NCBI GenBank assembly: GCA_024275095.1
Contig: JAJRZV010000064.1
Span: forward strand, 1-36,710
From: a bacterium
Lineage (GTDB): Bacteria > JAJRZV01
Length of the DNA: 36,710 bases
Reading direction: 5' to 3'
A program made the position numbers and the translations under genes. Below, one piece after another: positions 18,652-28,139 of this stretch. The first letter of the stretch is position 1; every line of letters begins with the position of its first letter. A model generated the notes under the pieces. It saw only the letters and a program-made list of their open reading frames with translations. It was not told the DNA's origin and did not search any database.

Positions 18652-20754
18652 GTGAGCTCGGGCGCGTCGCCTAAAATAATAGACCCTGTTATTGAATCGG
18701 TAGCCAGTAGTTTCTTGCTGTCGTTTATTCAGGCCCTGTTGAAGTCCAGTTACTATGATCCCTCTCATCCTCGGTCTCGAAAGGCTCGTGAAGGTATTTA
18801 TGCCGATTTCCAGCGGTTAATGGAAAAAGCGGATGAACTTACTATTTACCGTCGGTCTCTTCCCACGGGAGATGAAACGATTTTCGTAGAAATCCCCCCT
18901 GCTGATGCCCTTGAAATCAAGCGATTGCTCAGGTCAGAGCAGGCACGCATGTTTGTTCCCAAGTACATCTCACTTTTCGAGCGCAAGAAGCTGGTATCAG
19001 TGTCCCTGAGAAAGGACCTTTCTGAAATAGAGTTTCTTCACTTTGTGGAGATCATGGCAGAGTACAGCGAAGAATTTCGAGATGCCACTTCCGAACAATT
19101 GGCCCGCATGTTTGCAGAAAGAGGAGTGCTTCACGTAACACTCGTGTTTGAAGATGAGGTGGTGGGTGCCCGACGAAAACTTCCGTGGAAGGTTGAACTC
19201 GCTCTGTCGCGTTTGAGAAAGGATTTGAGAGTGCTTCCGTTGTTCAAGGGTAAAACTGAAGAGGAGCTGAAAAATATCAAGCAAATGGTGCTTCAGGACA
19301 TCATTCGCCCCTTTAGAGAAGCTCATTTGATCTCCCGCCTTCTCGGAAATATCGATCTGGCACACAAAGGTGTTGAAACCTTTCTCAGCGAGACGCTCGA
19401 GAAGGATATTATTGAACTTTTACCTTCTGAAGTCATTCCCGAACTGGTGGCTGAACTTGTGGAACTGCTGGATAAGGCTTCGGAACTTATTGAATCTTCA
19501 GAAGAAGCCGCCGTTATTGTGTCAAACGTAAAAAAGTGTTTCCCTCTGATAGTGGGTCGGCTCATAAGGGAACATCCCGAGGCCCATGAGGTATACCAGT
19601 CCTTGCTGGAGAGAGGTCTTATCAGGCGCGAAGATTTGCCTCGCGAAGCGCGCGTGTATCTGGAAGCCAAGGAAATTACAGAGAAACGCTTACAAAATTG
19701 GGAAGAATTTCTTCAGGAAATTGAAACAGCAGACCTTTCCCGTTTCCTTCTGCTGGCCCAGGAAATACTGACCATCTCACAGGAGTTGGAGTCGAGGGGT
19801 AAATATGAAGAGATAGCTCGTCTTGCAGAGGTTCTGCACGATAAGGCAAAACGTCACACGGAAAATCCGGAATTCGCTCATGTGGCCAGAAATGTACTGC
19901 GAGCTTTCGGGCAGCAAAAATCAGTGACAGAGTCGATACTCAAAATCATCCACGAGTTTGAAGAGGGGCGGGTTGAAAGGGAAGCAGCACTCAGCATCAT
20001 CCGAGGGTTTGCTGCTATTGGGGATAAGGCTGTGGAACAACTCATCGATGCTCTTGAGAAAAGTCCTTCGGCAACTGTACGCCGTGCCATCGTGGACGTC
20101 CTTTCTGAAAGAGAAGAATCCCTTCCCCACGTGTTGAAAGCGCTCAAGGAACCCGGCAGGCCGTGGTATCTGAGGCGTAACCTGCTGAACATAGTAGGGA
20201 ATCTTAAAAGTCATGTTGGTGCTGACATCGTTGCTTCCTACCTTCGCGATGAGGAGCACCGGGTACGCGAGGCCGCGCTGGATGCTCTTGCCCGCATGGG
20301 GCATTCGGCGTTGCATGTCCACGTGGCAGGTGCTTTGAAAGACCCTTCCCATCTGGTTCGTTCCAGAGCACTTATGGTTCTTCCATTTCTCAAGACGGTT
20401 ACAGCTGACGTGTACGCACGGGCCATTGATGCTCTCGGCCAGGACGATATTCCCTTGGAGAGCAAAGAAGCAGCATTGCGGACCTTTGAACGATGGGGAA
20501 ACAAGAAATTTCCCGATGGCGAGACTGTCGAGGAAAAGCTCCTGCGCTATCTGGAGCCGGAAAAAAAGGGCGTTCTCGCGAGATTGAAAAAAAGCGGCGG
20601 TCAGGATGCTCTGAAAATGTTGATTATTCAGACTCTGGAAAAGCTGGGAGGACGTCGCACAAAGAAATTTTTGGAGAAATATAAAGGCGCATTTTCACCT
20701 GCCCTGCGTCAGCGAGCAGAAAAAGCACTCCAGAGTCTTTGCCCGTCCGGTTGA
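18652..20754 (+). CDS. HEAT-repeat domain protein
   Basis: C-terminal HEAT/PBS-like repeats (VRRAIVDVL, PWYLRRN, VREAALDAL, VRSRALMVL). The N-terminal region with a YY.P.HP motif is uncharacterised. Confidence 0.8.
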   Translation: MSSGASPKIIDPVIESVASSFLLSFIQALLKSSYYDPSHPRSRKAREGIYADFQRLMEKADELTIYRRSLPTGDETIFVEIPPADALEIKRLLRSEQARMFVPKYISLFERKKLVSVSLRKDLSEIEFLHFVEIMAEYSEEFRDATSEQLARMFAERGVLHVTLVFEDEVVGARRKLPWKVELALSRLRKDLRVLPLFKGKTEEELKNIKQMVLQDIIRPFREAHLISRLLGNIDLAHKGVETFLSETLEKDIIELLPSEVIPELVAELVELLDKASELIESSEEAAVIVSNVKKCFPLIVGRLIREHPEAHEVYQSLLERGLIRREDLPREARVYLEAKEITEKRLQNWEEFLQEIETADLSRFLLLAQEILTISQELESRGKYEEIARLAEVLHDKAKRHTENPEFAHVARNVLRAFGQQKSVTESILKIIHEFEEGRVEREAALSIIRGFAAIGDKAVEQLIDALEKSPSATVRRAIVDVLSEREESLPHVLKALKEPGRPWYLRRNLLNIVGNLKSHVGADIVASYLRDEEHRVREAALDALARMGHSALHVHVAGALKDPSHLVRSRALMVLPFLKTVTADVYARAIDALGQDDIPLESKEAALRTFERWGNKKFPDGETVEEKLLRYLEPEKKGVLARLKKSGGQDALKMLIIQTLEKLGGRRTKKFLEKYKGAFSPALRQRAEKALQSLCPSG

Positions 20755-21737
20755 TTTGTTCGAGGCATCCGCTCGTCGCGGAAGAAAAGCATTCTTACGG
20801 GGCGTCCCGGCGTGATTATCAGATGTGTTCTCTTTGCCCCCACATTAAAAAGTTCGCCGTCGACAGCGTAGCCTTCATTAAACTGGAGATCCAGGAGGTA
20901 CGCTCGCCCGCTGTAACTCTCGTGTGCTTTTTTGCGTCCTGAAAACAGGCTCAACATATTGAAGGCGATGTCTCTGTCTTTCATCGAGTTAATGAGAAGA
21001 TAGAAACAATCGCCGTGTGGAATGCCGTCACATTTGTAAAATGGGGTAAACCAGAGAATCGGGTTGGGCAGTACGCCGGCGAGTACAATCAGTGCTTCTT
21101 TGTACGGATATGTTTCTCCGTTTACGCGAGCCTCTATTTTTATTCGCCTGAGAAAGTCGGGCGGTTCACTCCGGGGTGAAAGCACATAACTCATGAATTC
21201 GGTAATGGCAGAGGAGGTCACACGAATTACAGAAGACATGCCGGATCGCATTTGTTTGTAACGCAGTGTGAGCTTGTATCCCAGTCCGGCGACAAAGATG
21301 AACCCGTGTTTTACTTCTTCCGTGGTTTTATCCGTTACTTTAATGGTTCCTACCTCGCGGATGAGGAATGCTCCCTTTGAAAGTCTCCGGCGCAGCGACC
21401 ACAGAAGCCAGAGAGGCCCTGCATCCATGCCCAGATTTTTGACGGTGACATTGGATGCTCCAAGAGGTAATGGAAATATGACAGGATTGTATTCGTTGTG
21501 AAACTCTTTTCGCATAAAGGTGACAAGGTGGAATATGGTGCCATCTCCTCCACCCGCGAGAATGAGCTCGATCCTTTTTTCCCTGAATTCCCTCACTGCG
21601 GCTTCCATCTCTTCCACGCAGGAGGTTTCTTTTACAAGAGCTCCCATTTTATGGGCACTTTCTATGATGCGCCCGCGTCGCCATCGAGAACGGGCGCCCG
21701 TGGCATTTACATTGATAATAAGCCCTGCTTTCATCAA
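20709..21737 (-). CDS. Diacylglycerol/lipid kinase family protein (DAGK_cat)
   Basis: IIN..A, GGGDGT, LPLGASN, and C-terminal AVDGE motifs. Confidence 0.85.
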   Translation of the reverse strand: MMKAGLIINVNATGARSRWRRGRIIESAHKMGALVKETSCVEEMEAAVREFREKRIELILAGGGDGTIFHLVTFMRKEFHNEYNPVIFPLPLGASNVTVKNLGMDAGPLWLLWSLRRRLSKGAFLIREVGTIKVTDKTTEEVKHGFIFVAGLGYKLTLRYKQMRSGMSSVIRVTSSAITEFMSYVLSPRSEPPDFLRRIKIEARVNGETYPYKEALIVLAGVLPNPILWFTPFYKCDGIPHGDCFYLLINSMKDRDIAFNMLSLFSGRKKAHESYSGRAYLLDLQFNEGYAVDGELFNVGAKRTHLIITPGRPVRMLFFRDERMPRTNQPDGQRLWSAFSAR

Positions 21738-21821
21738 TACCCGCCGCTGTATTTCTCTAAACTATAAATGAATATCCCGGTAGCATTCAAATTCTTGACA
21801 GTGCTTTATCTCAAGGGGTTG

Positions 21822-21850
21822 TTGCAATTTAAATGGCCGGATATTATCCT
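21822..21850 (+). promoter_or_regulatory. Putative sigma70 promoter of the rpmH operon
   Basis: TTGCAA-17 nt-TATCCT, about 40 nt upstream of rpmH. Confidence 0.45.
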
Positions 21851-21888
21851 CACTTTTAATCTTAAATCTCTACACAGAGAGGTGAGCG

Positions 21889-22038
21889 TTGAAGCGGACA
21901 TATCAACCGTCCAATATCAAACGTAAACGCACACACGGGTTTAGAAAGCGCATGAGGACTCGAGGAGGCCGTGAGGTTCTGAGACGCCGGCGGCGGAAGG
22001 GCCGACATCGCCTCACGGTAACCACAGGCGGCAAGTGA
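21889..22038 (+). CDS. rpmH: 50S ribosomal protein L34 (not in the ORF track)
   Basis: Translated by hand from TTG 21889: [58 protein letters not shown]; the stop overlaps the rnpA start (GTGA). Confidence 0.98.
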   Translation: MKRTYQPSNIKRKRTHGFRKRMRTRGGREVLRRRRRKGRHRLTVTTGGK

Positions 22039-22385
22039 CACGGTATTGTTTGAGACCGCGACATCGCCTGAGGTTGAGAAGGGATTTCGAACGCGTGTTG
22101 AGGCACGGCAGGCGTCTCAGGAGTGACGAGGTGGACGTGGTGTTGATGGAAAACGGACGAGAGTATTTTCGGTTTGCCGTGGTGGTGCCCAGGCGCGTGG
22201 GTAAGGCAGTGCGTCGCAATCGCATGAAGCGGCTTGTGAGGGAGTACTGTCGTTTGCACCAGTATGAATTGAAGGGCGTGGACCTGATTTTCATTGCTCG
22301 GAAAGATTTTTCACACAAAAAATATGCCGGTATAGAGGAGATGTTAAACGGGCTGTTGAGGAGAATTCTGCAAGAGAAAAAATGA
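22035..22385 (+). CDS. rnpA: Ribonuclease P protein component
   Basis: RL...[17 protein letters not shown] (RNR motif), and its position after rpmH. Confidence 0.95.
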   Translation: MTRYCLRPRHRLRLRRDFERVLRHGRRLRSDEVDVVLMENGREYFRFAVVVPRRVGKAVRRNRMKRLVREYCRLHQYELKGVDLIFIARKDFSHKKYAGIEEMLNGLLRRILQEKK

Positions 22386-22600
22386 ATTTCCGCGCGCGTG
22401 ATATAGTGACGTTTTTTATAGGTCTTTATCGGAGGTTTATCTCTCCGTTTTTGCCGCGTAGCTGTCGCTACTGGCCTCCATGTTCACTTTATATGCAGGA
22501 AGCTGTAAAGAAATACGGGGTGTTTCGGGGGCTGCTGAAGGGGTCGTTAAGGATATTGAGGTGCAACCCTCTTTTTCCCGGTGGATACGACCCACCCTGA
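22382..22600 (+). CDS. yidD: Membrane protein insertion efficiency factor
   Basis: Y...ISP...SCRY.P.CS.Y...RILRCNPLFPGGYDP. Confidence 0.95.
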   Translation: MNFRARDIVTFFIGLYRRFISPFLPRSCRYWPPCSLYMQEAVKKYGVFRGLLKGSLRILRCNPLFPGGYDPP

Positions 22601-22610
22601 GGGAGGATGA

Positions 22611-24242
22611 ATGGAATCCGAAAAGCGTGCATTGTTAGCCATTGCTCTTGCGTTTATCTTTCTCATGGCATACCAGTACTTGCTTTCCCGGTACTACAGA
22701 AAGGGTGAAACCCCACCGTCTCCCCCTCCAGCCGCAGAAAGTAAGAAAGAACCTTCTGCAATACCAGAACCGGTTAAGCCTTCGACCCCACCCGCAATTT
22801 CACCCTCACGTGCCGCCGTGACGGAAAGAAGGGAGGGGCCTGTTGTACGTTTGAAAACCCCTCTTTACCAGGCACTTGTTGATGTGACCACCGGGGGACT
22901 CAGATCTTTCCGCCTTCAGCATTATCTGACAGAGCTTCCCCCTGATGGAGTGCCGGTGGAACTGATAGATGAAAACGTTGATCCGCTCCCACTGAGTGTG
23001 TTTCTTCTGGAAAAGCAAAAGGTGCTGATGCCGGAGTCGTTCAACATTTCCCGGCTTCGCAAGGCAGGTAGAGATGAAGAATGGCCTTCCTCATTTACCG
23101 CGTGGGCACGGGCAGGTGAATTTATCCTTCTTGAGACGTGGACGCTCAGGCAAGGCACCTACGTAGTAGACCTTACCACCACAATAATCAACATATCCAA
23201 CCGTACTCGCAACGTGGCTCTCGAGGTTTTTCTTTCGCGGAGCCTGCGGGGACGAAAATCCTACCACGAATTCAAAGGACTTATGGCTCTGGAAAGGAAA
23301 AAATTAATCAAGGTAAAGCTGAAAAAACTCGGTGAGGTTCAGAGCTTTGGTGAAGGCCTTCAATGGATAGGTTTTTCTGACAAGTATTTTCTCATTGCAC
23401 TGATACCTCAGGAAGCTCACGGGCTCGCTGCTAAGGCGAAGGCAACTGAGGGTATCGGCCAGGCGTTCGTTTATTATCCGGAAAGTGTGTTGCCCCCCGG
23501 GGGAAAGGTGTCTTTTACAACCTCAGCGTATCTGGGGCCAAAAAAAGAAGAGGACCTGAAAGCAGCGGGTGGCGGCCTGATCGAGTCACTTGAGCTGGGC
23601 ATTCTTACAGGTCCCATGTTGAAGTTGCTCAAGTTGTTTTACCGCTTCACGGGTAATTACGGGCTGGCTATTATCATTCTTTCCCTCCTTGTGAAAATTG
23701 CTTTCTGGCCTCTCAGCCACATCAGTTATCGCAGTATGAAAAAAATGAAAGAAATTCAGCCGGTGCTCGAAGAGCTCAAAAAGAAATACGGGGATGACAA
23801 GGAAAAACTCGCCATGGAAACGATGGAAATTTACCGGCGTTACAAAGTGAATCCCTTTTCAGGATGCCTTCCGCTGATTATCCAGCTTCCTGTTTTTATT
23901 GCTCTGTATCGGGCGCTTCTCAATGCTATTGAACTGAGGCATGCTCCTTTTGTTTTGTGGATAAAAGATCTTTCTTCCCCTGATCTTCTGTTTACCCTCA
24001 ATCTTCACGTTTTTGTTCTGCCCGTCCGACTCCTGCCCATACTCATGGGCGTTACCATGTACGCACAGCAAAGGCTTACGCCCACAGGTGGACAGGATCC
24101 ATTGCAGTCCAGAATCATGAATTACATGTCACTCATATTTACGGTGCTTTTCTGGAATTTTCCTTCAGGATTGATGATTTACTGGGTTCTACAGAACGTG
24201 CTCAGCTTGTTGCAGCAATTATATGTGATGCGATCTTCATGA
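22611..24242 (+). CDS. yidC: Membrane protein insertase
   Basis: N-terminal TM and periplasmic domain (DKYFL, YLGPK), then GNYGLAII, SMKKM, NPFSGCLP, ELRHAPF.LWIKDLS.PD, FPSGL.IYW. Confidence 0.97.
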   Translation: MESEKRALLAIALAFIFLMAYQYLLSRYYRKGETPPSPPPAAESKKEPSAIPEPVKPSTPPAISPSRAAVTERREGPVVRLKTPLYQALVDVTTGGLRSFRLQHYLTELPPDGVPVELIDENVDPLPLSVFLLEKQKVLMPESFNISRLRKAGRDEEWPSSFTAWARAGEFILLETWTLRQGTYVVDLTTTIINISNRTRNVALEVFLSRSLRGRKSYHEFKGLMALERKKLIKVKLKKLGEVQSFGEGLQWIGFSDKYFLIALIPQEAHGLAAKAKATEGIGQAFVYYPESVLPPGGKVSFTTSAYLGPKKEEDLKAAGGGLIESLELGILTGPMLKLLKLFYRFTGNYGLAIIILSLLVKIAFWPLSHISYRSMKKMKEIQPVLEELKKKYGDDKEKLAMETMEIYRRYKVNPFSGCLPLIIQLPVFIALYRALLNAIELRHAPFVLWIKDLSSPDLLFTLNLHVFVLPVRLLPILMGVTMYAQQRLTPTGGQDPLQSRIMNYMSLIFTVLFWNFPSGLMIYWVLQNVLSLLQQLYVMRSS

Positions 24243-25303
24243 AGAAAGTCGTTCTTTTTACATTCATGACAATGATCAGCTCGTGTGGTTATACACCCAA
24301 ATGTAAAGTCCCGCGTGAAGGAGAATTCGCCTTTCCTTTAAAAATGATTGTTCGAAATCAGAGGCTTTACGTGCTCAATACAGACGCAGGTACCCGTTAC
24401 TGTTCCGGTTTTGTCTCTGTTTTTGCTCTGAATGGAGATGCTCGCCCCTCTTTTGTGAATCACATCTATCCTTTACCTCCGGAGGGGGGTTTCCCTTCCA
24501 TGCTCGGTGGCTTTGATGTGGAAGGAGAAGACATGGTCGTATCAGACCGCAGGTACAGCCGGGTGATACTTACGTCTCTTGAATCCTATGAAGCAGAAAA
24601 TTGTACACCCCCTGATTTTACAGAGGGGTGCTCTTCTTCTGTAATAGATACGTTTCGAGACCCCTTGGATGTTGAAATTACGCCGGATGGGTATCTTTTT
24701 GTTTCGTCTACGCCGTACGGAGAGGTCAGAATGTATACCAGGACCCTTACTTCGTACGTTTCGGCAGCCACGTATTCTTTTGTTTCGAATGTGACAGAAA
24801 CAACCACCGCGTTTTTATCTCCGGCAGAGAACAGGATTTACGTAACCATTCGTGAGCGTCCTGATGTGTATTATTTTGACAATCAAAACGGGGAATGGAG
24901 CCTTACACATGGTCCGTCTCTGGAATATGGAGGCGTGTCTTTCGGTGGAGTTCGCAGAATTGTCCCTGCCGGAGACACGCTTTTAATACTTGCAACCTCT
25001 CCTGATTCTCTGATTGTTGCTGACAATGAGACCCTCACCTTTGAGAAAGTAGTGTACAGTGGTTCTCATCCCATCCACCTTGCAACGGACGGCCGTTTTA
25101 TTGCAGTGGCTAATTTTACCGAAGATACCGTTTCTTTTTATCATTCTGAGTCGTTAAGCCCTCTGGGAACATTTCCGGTATGCCACGGCCCGGCATTCAT
25201 TGTGGCTTCATCTGAGGCAGGGGTATTCTGGGTGTCATGCTTTTTTGAACACAGGGTGGTGGCCATCAACGTGGAGGGAGAAATCCAGTGGAAACTTCCC
25301 TGA
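24239..25303 (+). CDS. Uncharacterised lipoprotein, probable beta-propeller (YncE-like)
   Basis: Lipobox-like ISS-C16. Repeated beta blades (LYVLNT, PLDVEITPDGYLFVS, RIYVT, PIHLATDGRFIAVAN, GPAFIV...FWVSCF). ATGA overlap with the yidC stop. Confidence 0.7.
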   Translation: MKKVVLFTFMTMISSCGYTPKCKVPREGEFAFPLKMIVRNQRLYVLNTDAGTRYCSGFVSVFALNGDARPSFVNHIYPLPPEGGFPSMLGGFDVEGEDMVVSDRRYSRVILTSLESYEAENCTPPDFTEGCSSSVIDTFRDPLDVEITPDGYLFVSSTPYGEVRMYTRTLTSYVSAATYSFVSNVTETTTAFLSPAENRIYVTIRERPDVYYFDNQNGEWSLTHGPSLEYGGVSFGGVRRIVPAGDTLLILATSPDSLIVADNETLTFEKVVYSGSHPIHLATDGRFIAVANFTEDTVSFYHSESLSPLGTFPVCHGPAFIVASSEAGVFWVSCFFEHRVVAINVEGEIQWKLP

Positions 25304-26772
25304 AAAAAAGGTTGATTCTTGTTGTTTTTATCTTCCTCATCGGCTGCAGCGGTAAGGAAGAGTCCAGAACTCCTTTTTCTCAACCCGGTGATATTGCCGT
25401 GTATCAAGCGGAAGGGGAGGAATGGGTGGTGGTGGCAGAAAAGGACGCTCTGGCCCTGGTTAATGCAGAAGAAGGAGTAATAAAGGAGGTTGTTTCCGTG
25501 GATGGAGTCCCTCTTTTGTTGGCCGCTGAAGGTTCCAGTGCTTATGCAGTTGTGCGTACGCCGGAGGAATCCTTTGTGCTTTATCAGTACGCTCATCCGT
25601 TAAGCTTCGTGCGGAGTTATCAACTCCCTTTTACCATGGTTGCTCCGCTCGAACTGGTGAGTGCACAGGGACTTGTTGTTCTCGCAGGTGTGGAGAGTAC
25701 AGGAGCCACCTTTATGGTGACCATGATTCACTCGGGTTCATGGGCTGCTCTTCAAAACATAGATTATGCTGGAGCAATGACAGATTCTCTGGGAATTCTT
25801 GTGGTAGAAAGATCGGGAAAAATTTATCTTGTCAGGGACGATGGAACTCTCTCTCCACTCTTTGATTCCGGCATTTCGTCTCCGTCAGCGGCGTGCGCAT
25901 GTGCTTCATCACTCTGTATCGCCCGGGAGAATACAGTTTTTGTTTATGATAAAGATACGGGGATGCTGGTGGATACAATTGAGCTGGATGCACCTGTGAT
26001 GCAATGCGGCACGATGGGCGGCATTGCATCCTTTATGGGAGATGGGGTCGAGGCTCCCGTGGTTTACGTGCTGGGAGCTGATGGACACATCTATTTCCTG
26101 GACACACTGCGCTGGTGTGAAAAGTCGCATCCCGTGCCAGGTATAACCAGTGTGAACGATATTGGAGATACAAATGATTATGTGCTTACAGTAGATGATG
26201 TCGACGAGTGCTCTGTGCAGACCCAGACGTGGACGATCACCTACGAAGGGTTTCACCCTTTCATGACGGGTATTACAGTATCCGTGTTCCCTGGGGGGAT
26301 TACGGAACTGTCTGAGCAGTGGCAATATGATGTTGTTATGCCCGGGGATGAGGTGTATTTGCAGGACAGGTGGTATTCCGTAAGTGTTACAGGCCCGGGT
26401 TACATGCAGCTGAATCCTGAACCCGGTTTTACAGGGTCCTGTACAGCCACCGTGAGGTTGAAGGGTTTCAGTGTTTATGGCTCGCTTTCAGGTCTCCAGC
26501 ACGGCAGGCTGGTGCCATCTCAGGCTTACACAGTGGATGATGGGAGCCTTACCTTTGCACTAACTCTTACGGGTGAGCCTGATCCTGGTGATTCCGTTAC
26601 CGTTGCTTTCTATCGCAGAGACCCTCTTCTTCCTGTAAAGCTGTCTTCTCCGCCCGGGGGCCTGGAGGCATCAATGCTTTACGGCTGGCTGTACGTGACC
26701 ACCCCGTACGATGGGTATCTCCGGATTATTAAACTGGAAAGCGAGGTGAAAGAGGTACTGGTGGGAAAATAA
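25288..26772 (+). CDS. Uncharacterised beta-rich lipoprotein
   Basis: KKRLILVVFIFLIG-C lipobox and a beta-strand-rich sequence. GGAGGG RBS; the stop overlaps the mnmE start (TAATG). Confidence 0.7.
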   Translation: METSLKKRLILVVFIFLIGCSGKEESRTPFSQPGDIAVYQAEGEEWVVVAEKDALALVNAEEGVIKEVVSVDGVPLLLAAEGSSAYAVVRTPEESFVLYQYAHPLSFVRSYQLPFTMVAPLELVSAQGLVVLAGVESTGATFMVTMIHSGSWAALQNIDYAGAMTDSLGILVVERSGKIYLVRDDGTLSPLFDSGISSPSAACACASSLCIARENTVFVYDKDTGMLVDTIELDAPVMQCGTMGGIASFMGDGVEAPVVYVLGADGHIYFLDTLRWCEKSHPVPGITSVNDIGDTNDYVLTVDDVDECSVQTQTWTITYEGFHPFMTGITVSVFPGGITELSEQWQYDVVMPGDEVYLQDRWYSVSVTGPGYMQLNPEPGFTGSCTATVRLKGFSVYGSLSGLQHGRLVPSQAYTVDDGSLTFALTLTGEPDPGDSVTVAFYRRDPLLPVKLSSPPGGLEASMLYGWLYVTTPYDGYLRIIKLESEVKEVLVGK

Positions 26773-28130
26773 TGAAAGGGGATACCATTGCTGCCCCGGC
26801 CACACCACCCGGTCGCGGTGCCGTCTCAGTGATAAAAATCAGCGGGGCAGAAAGTTTTTCACTTGTACACAAAATCAGCGATGTAAAGCACCTGGAACAC
26901 CGTCGTGCCATTCTCTGTCGTATTATTCATCCTGAAACAAAGGACGTGGTGGACCAGGCGCTTGTTCTCCCTTTCAAAGCTCCCCACTCTCAGACCGGAG
27001 AAGACCTGGTAGAAATTCACCTGCACGGCAACCCCTTTCTGGTGAATATGGTGCTCAGACTCCTCTTTGAACATGGTGCACGCCCTGCCATGCCCGGGGA
27101 GTTTACGAGGCGGGCTTTTGAAAATGGAAAGATCGACCTTCTTCAGGCTGAAAGCGTTGCTGAAATTGTGGCCGCCGGGAGCGAAGTATGGCTTCGTCAC
27201 TCAGCTCGGGCCCTTGTGGGAGAAGGAAGTGAAATTTTAAAAGAGATTCGGGAAAAACTTCTGCAGGCCGCTGTCCGGTTGGAGACGTACATTGAATTTC
27301 CAGAAGAGGAGGAGCCCGCAGCAATTACGGTTAGTGAAATTCGCAGCTCCATACTTTCACTAAAATCTCTTGTTGAGCGGGCAGTTCAGGGGTACAGGTT
27401 GCTCTCACGGTATCGCAGTGAAGGCAAAGTCGTACTCACCGGACCACCAAATGCAGGCAAGTCTTCTCTGCTCAACGCCCTTGTGGGATTTGAACGTGTT
27501 GTTACTTCGCCTGAAGCAGGAACAACCAGAGATTACGTTGAGGTCTTGCTTGATGCAGGCGGGGCAATGATTACAGCAGTGGACACTCCCGGACTTCGAG
27601 AGCCGGAAACGCCGGTGGAGATGAGGGGGATCGATCTTGCCCGCAGAGTGCTGAACGAAAGTCATCTTCTTGTCCTGGTTCTGGATGCATCGAAAGAACC
27701 CGGTGAAGAAGAGAAACGTGTGCTCGATGAAACAGAGACCCGGGACCGCATTATTGTTCTTAACAAGTGCGACCTTCCCCTTCGCTGGGATGAAAAAGAA
27801 CTTGAAAACAGGAAAAGGTACAAGCTCGTGCGCACCTCCGCGATTACTGGAGAGGGTGTGGGCTTGTTGAGGAAGGCCATCGAGGAGTTTTTTCTTCCAT
27901 CAGATGTGCCTGATGTGGACGTTGCTTTTGTAAGGGAAAGACAGTGCGCTCTTGCAGAAAAGGCGGCGGAGGCGTTAAAAAAAGCGGCTGAACACCTGAA
28001 TTCAGGATTCGCTGATCTTGCTGCCGCGGAACTGAGGGAAGCCATGCGACTGCTGGAGGAAATCACCGGTGAAATCTCCACCGAGGAAGTGCTGAACACC
28101 ATTTTTGCCACATTTTGTATTGGTAAATAG
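26772..28130 (+). CDS. mnmE: tRNA uridine-34 modification GTPase MnmE/TrmE
   Basis: DTIAA.AT, GEFTRRAFENGK.DL.QAE, G1 GPPNAGKS, GTTRD, DTPG, NKCD, and the terminal FCIGK. Confidence 0.97.
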   Translation: MKGDTIAAPATPPGRGAVSVIKISGAESFSLVHKISDVKHLEHRRAILCRIIHPETKDVVDQALVLPFKAPHSQTGEDLVEIHLHGNPFLVNMVLRLLFEHGARPAMPGEFTRRAFENGKIDLLQAESVAEIVAAGSEVWLRHSARALVGEGSEILKEIREKLLQAAVRLETYIEFPEEEEPAAITVSEIRSSILSLKSLVERAVQGYRLLSRYRSEGKVVLTGPPNAGKSSLLNALVGFERVVTSPEAGTTRDYVEVLLDAGGAMITAVDTPGLREPETPVEMRGIDLARRVLNESHLLVLVLDASKEPGEEEKRVLDETETRDRIIVLNKCDLPLRWDEKELENRKRYKLVRTSAITGEGVGLLRKAIEEFFLPSDVPDVDVAFVRERQCALAEKAAEALKKAAEHLNSGFADLAAAELREAMRLLEEITGEISTEEVLNTIFATFCIGK

Positions 28131-28139
28131 GAGGTGGAT

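Noticed and set aside
21738..21888. oriC upstream of rpmH
   Set aside because: No dnaA gene, only one mismatched DnaA box, and a short gap.
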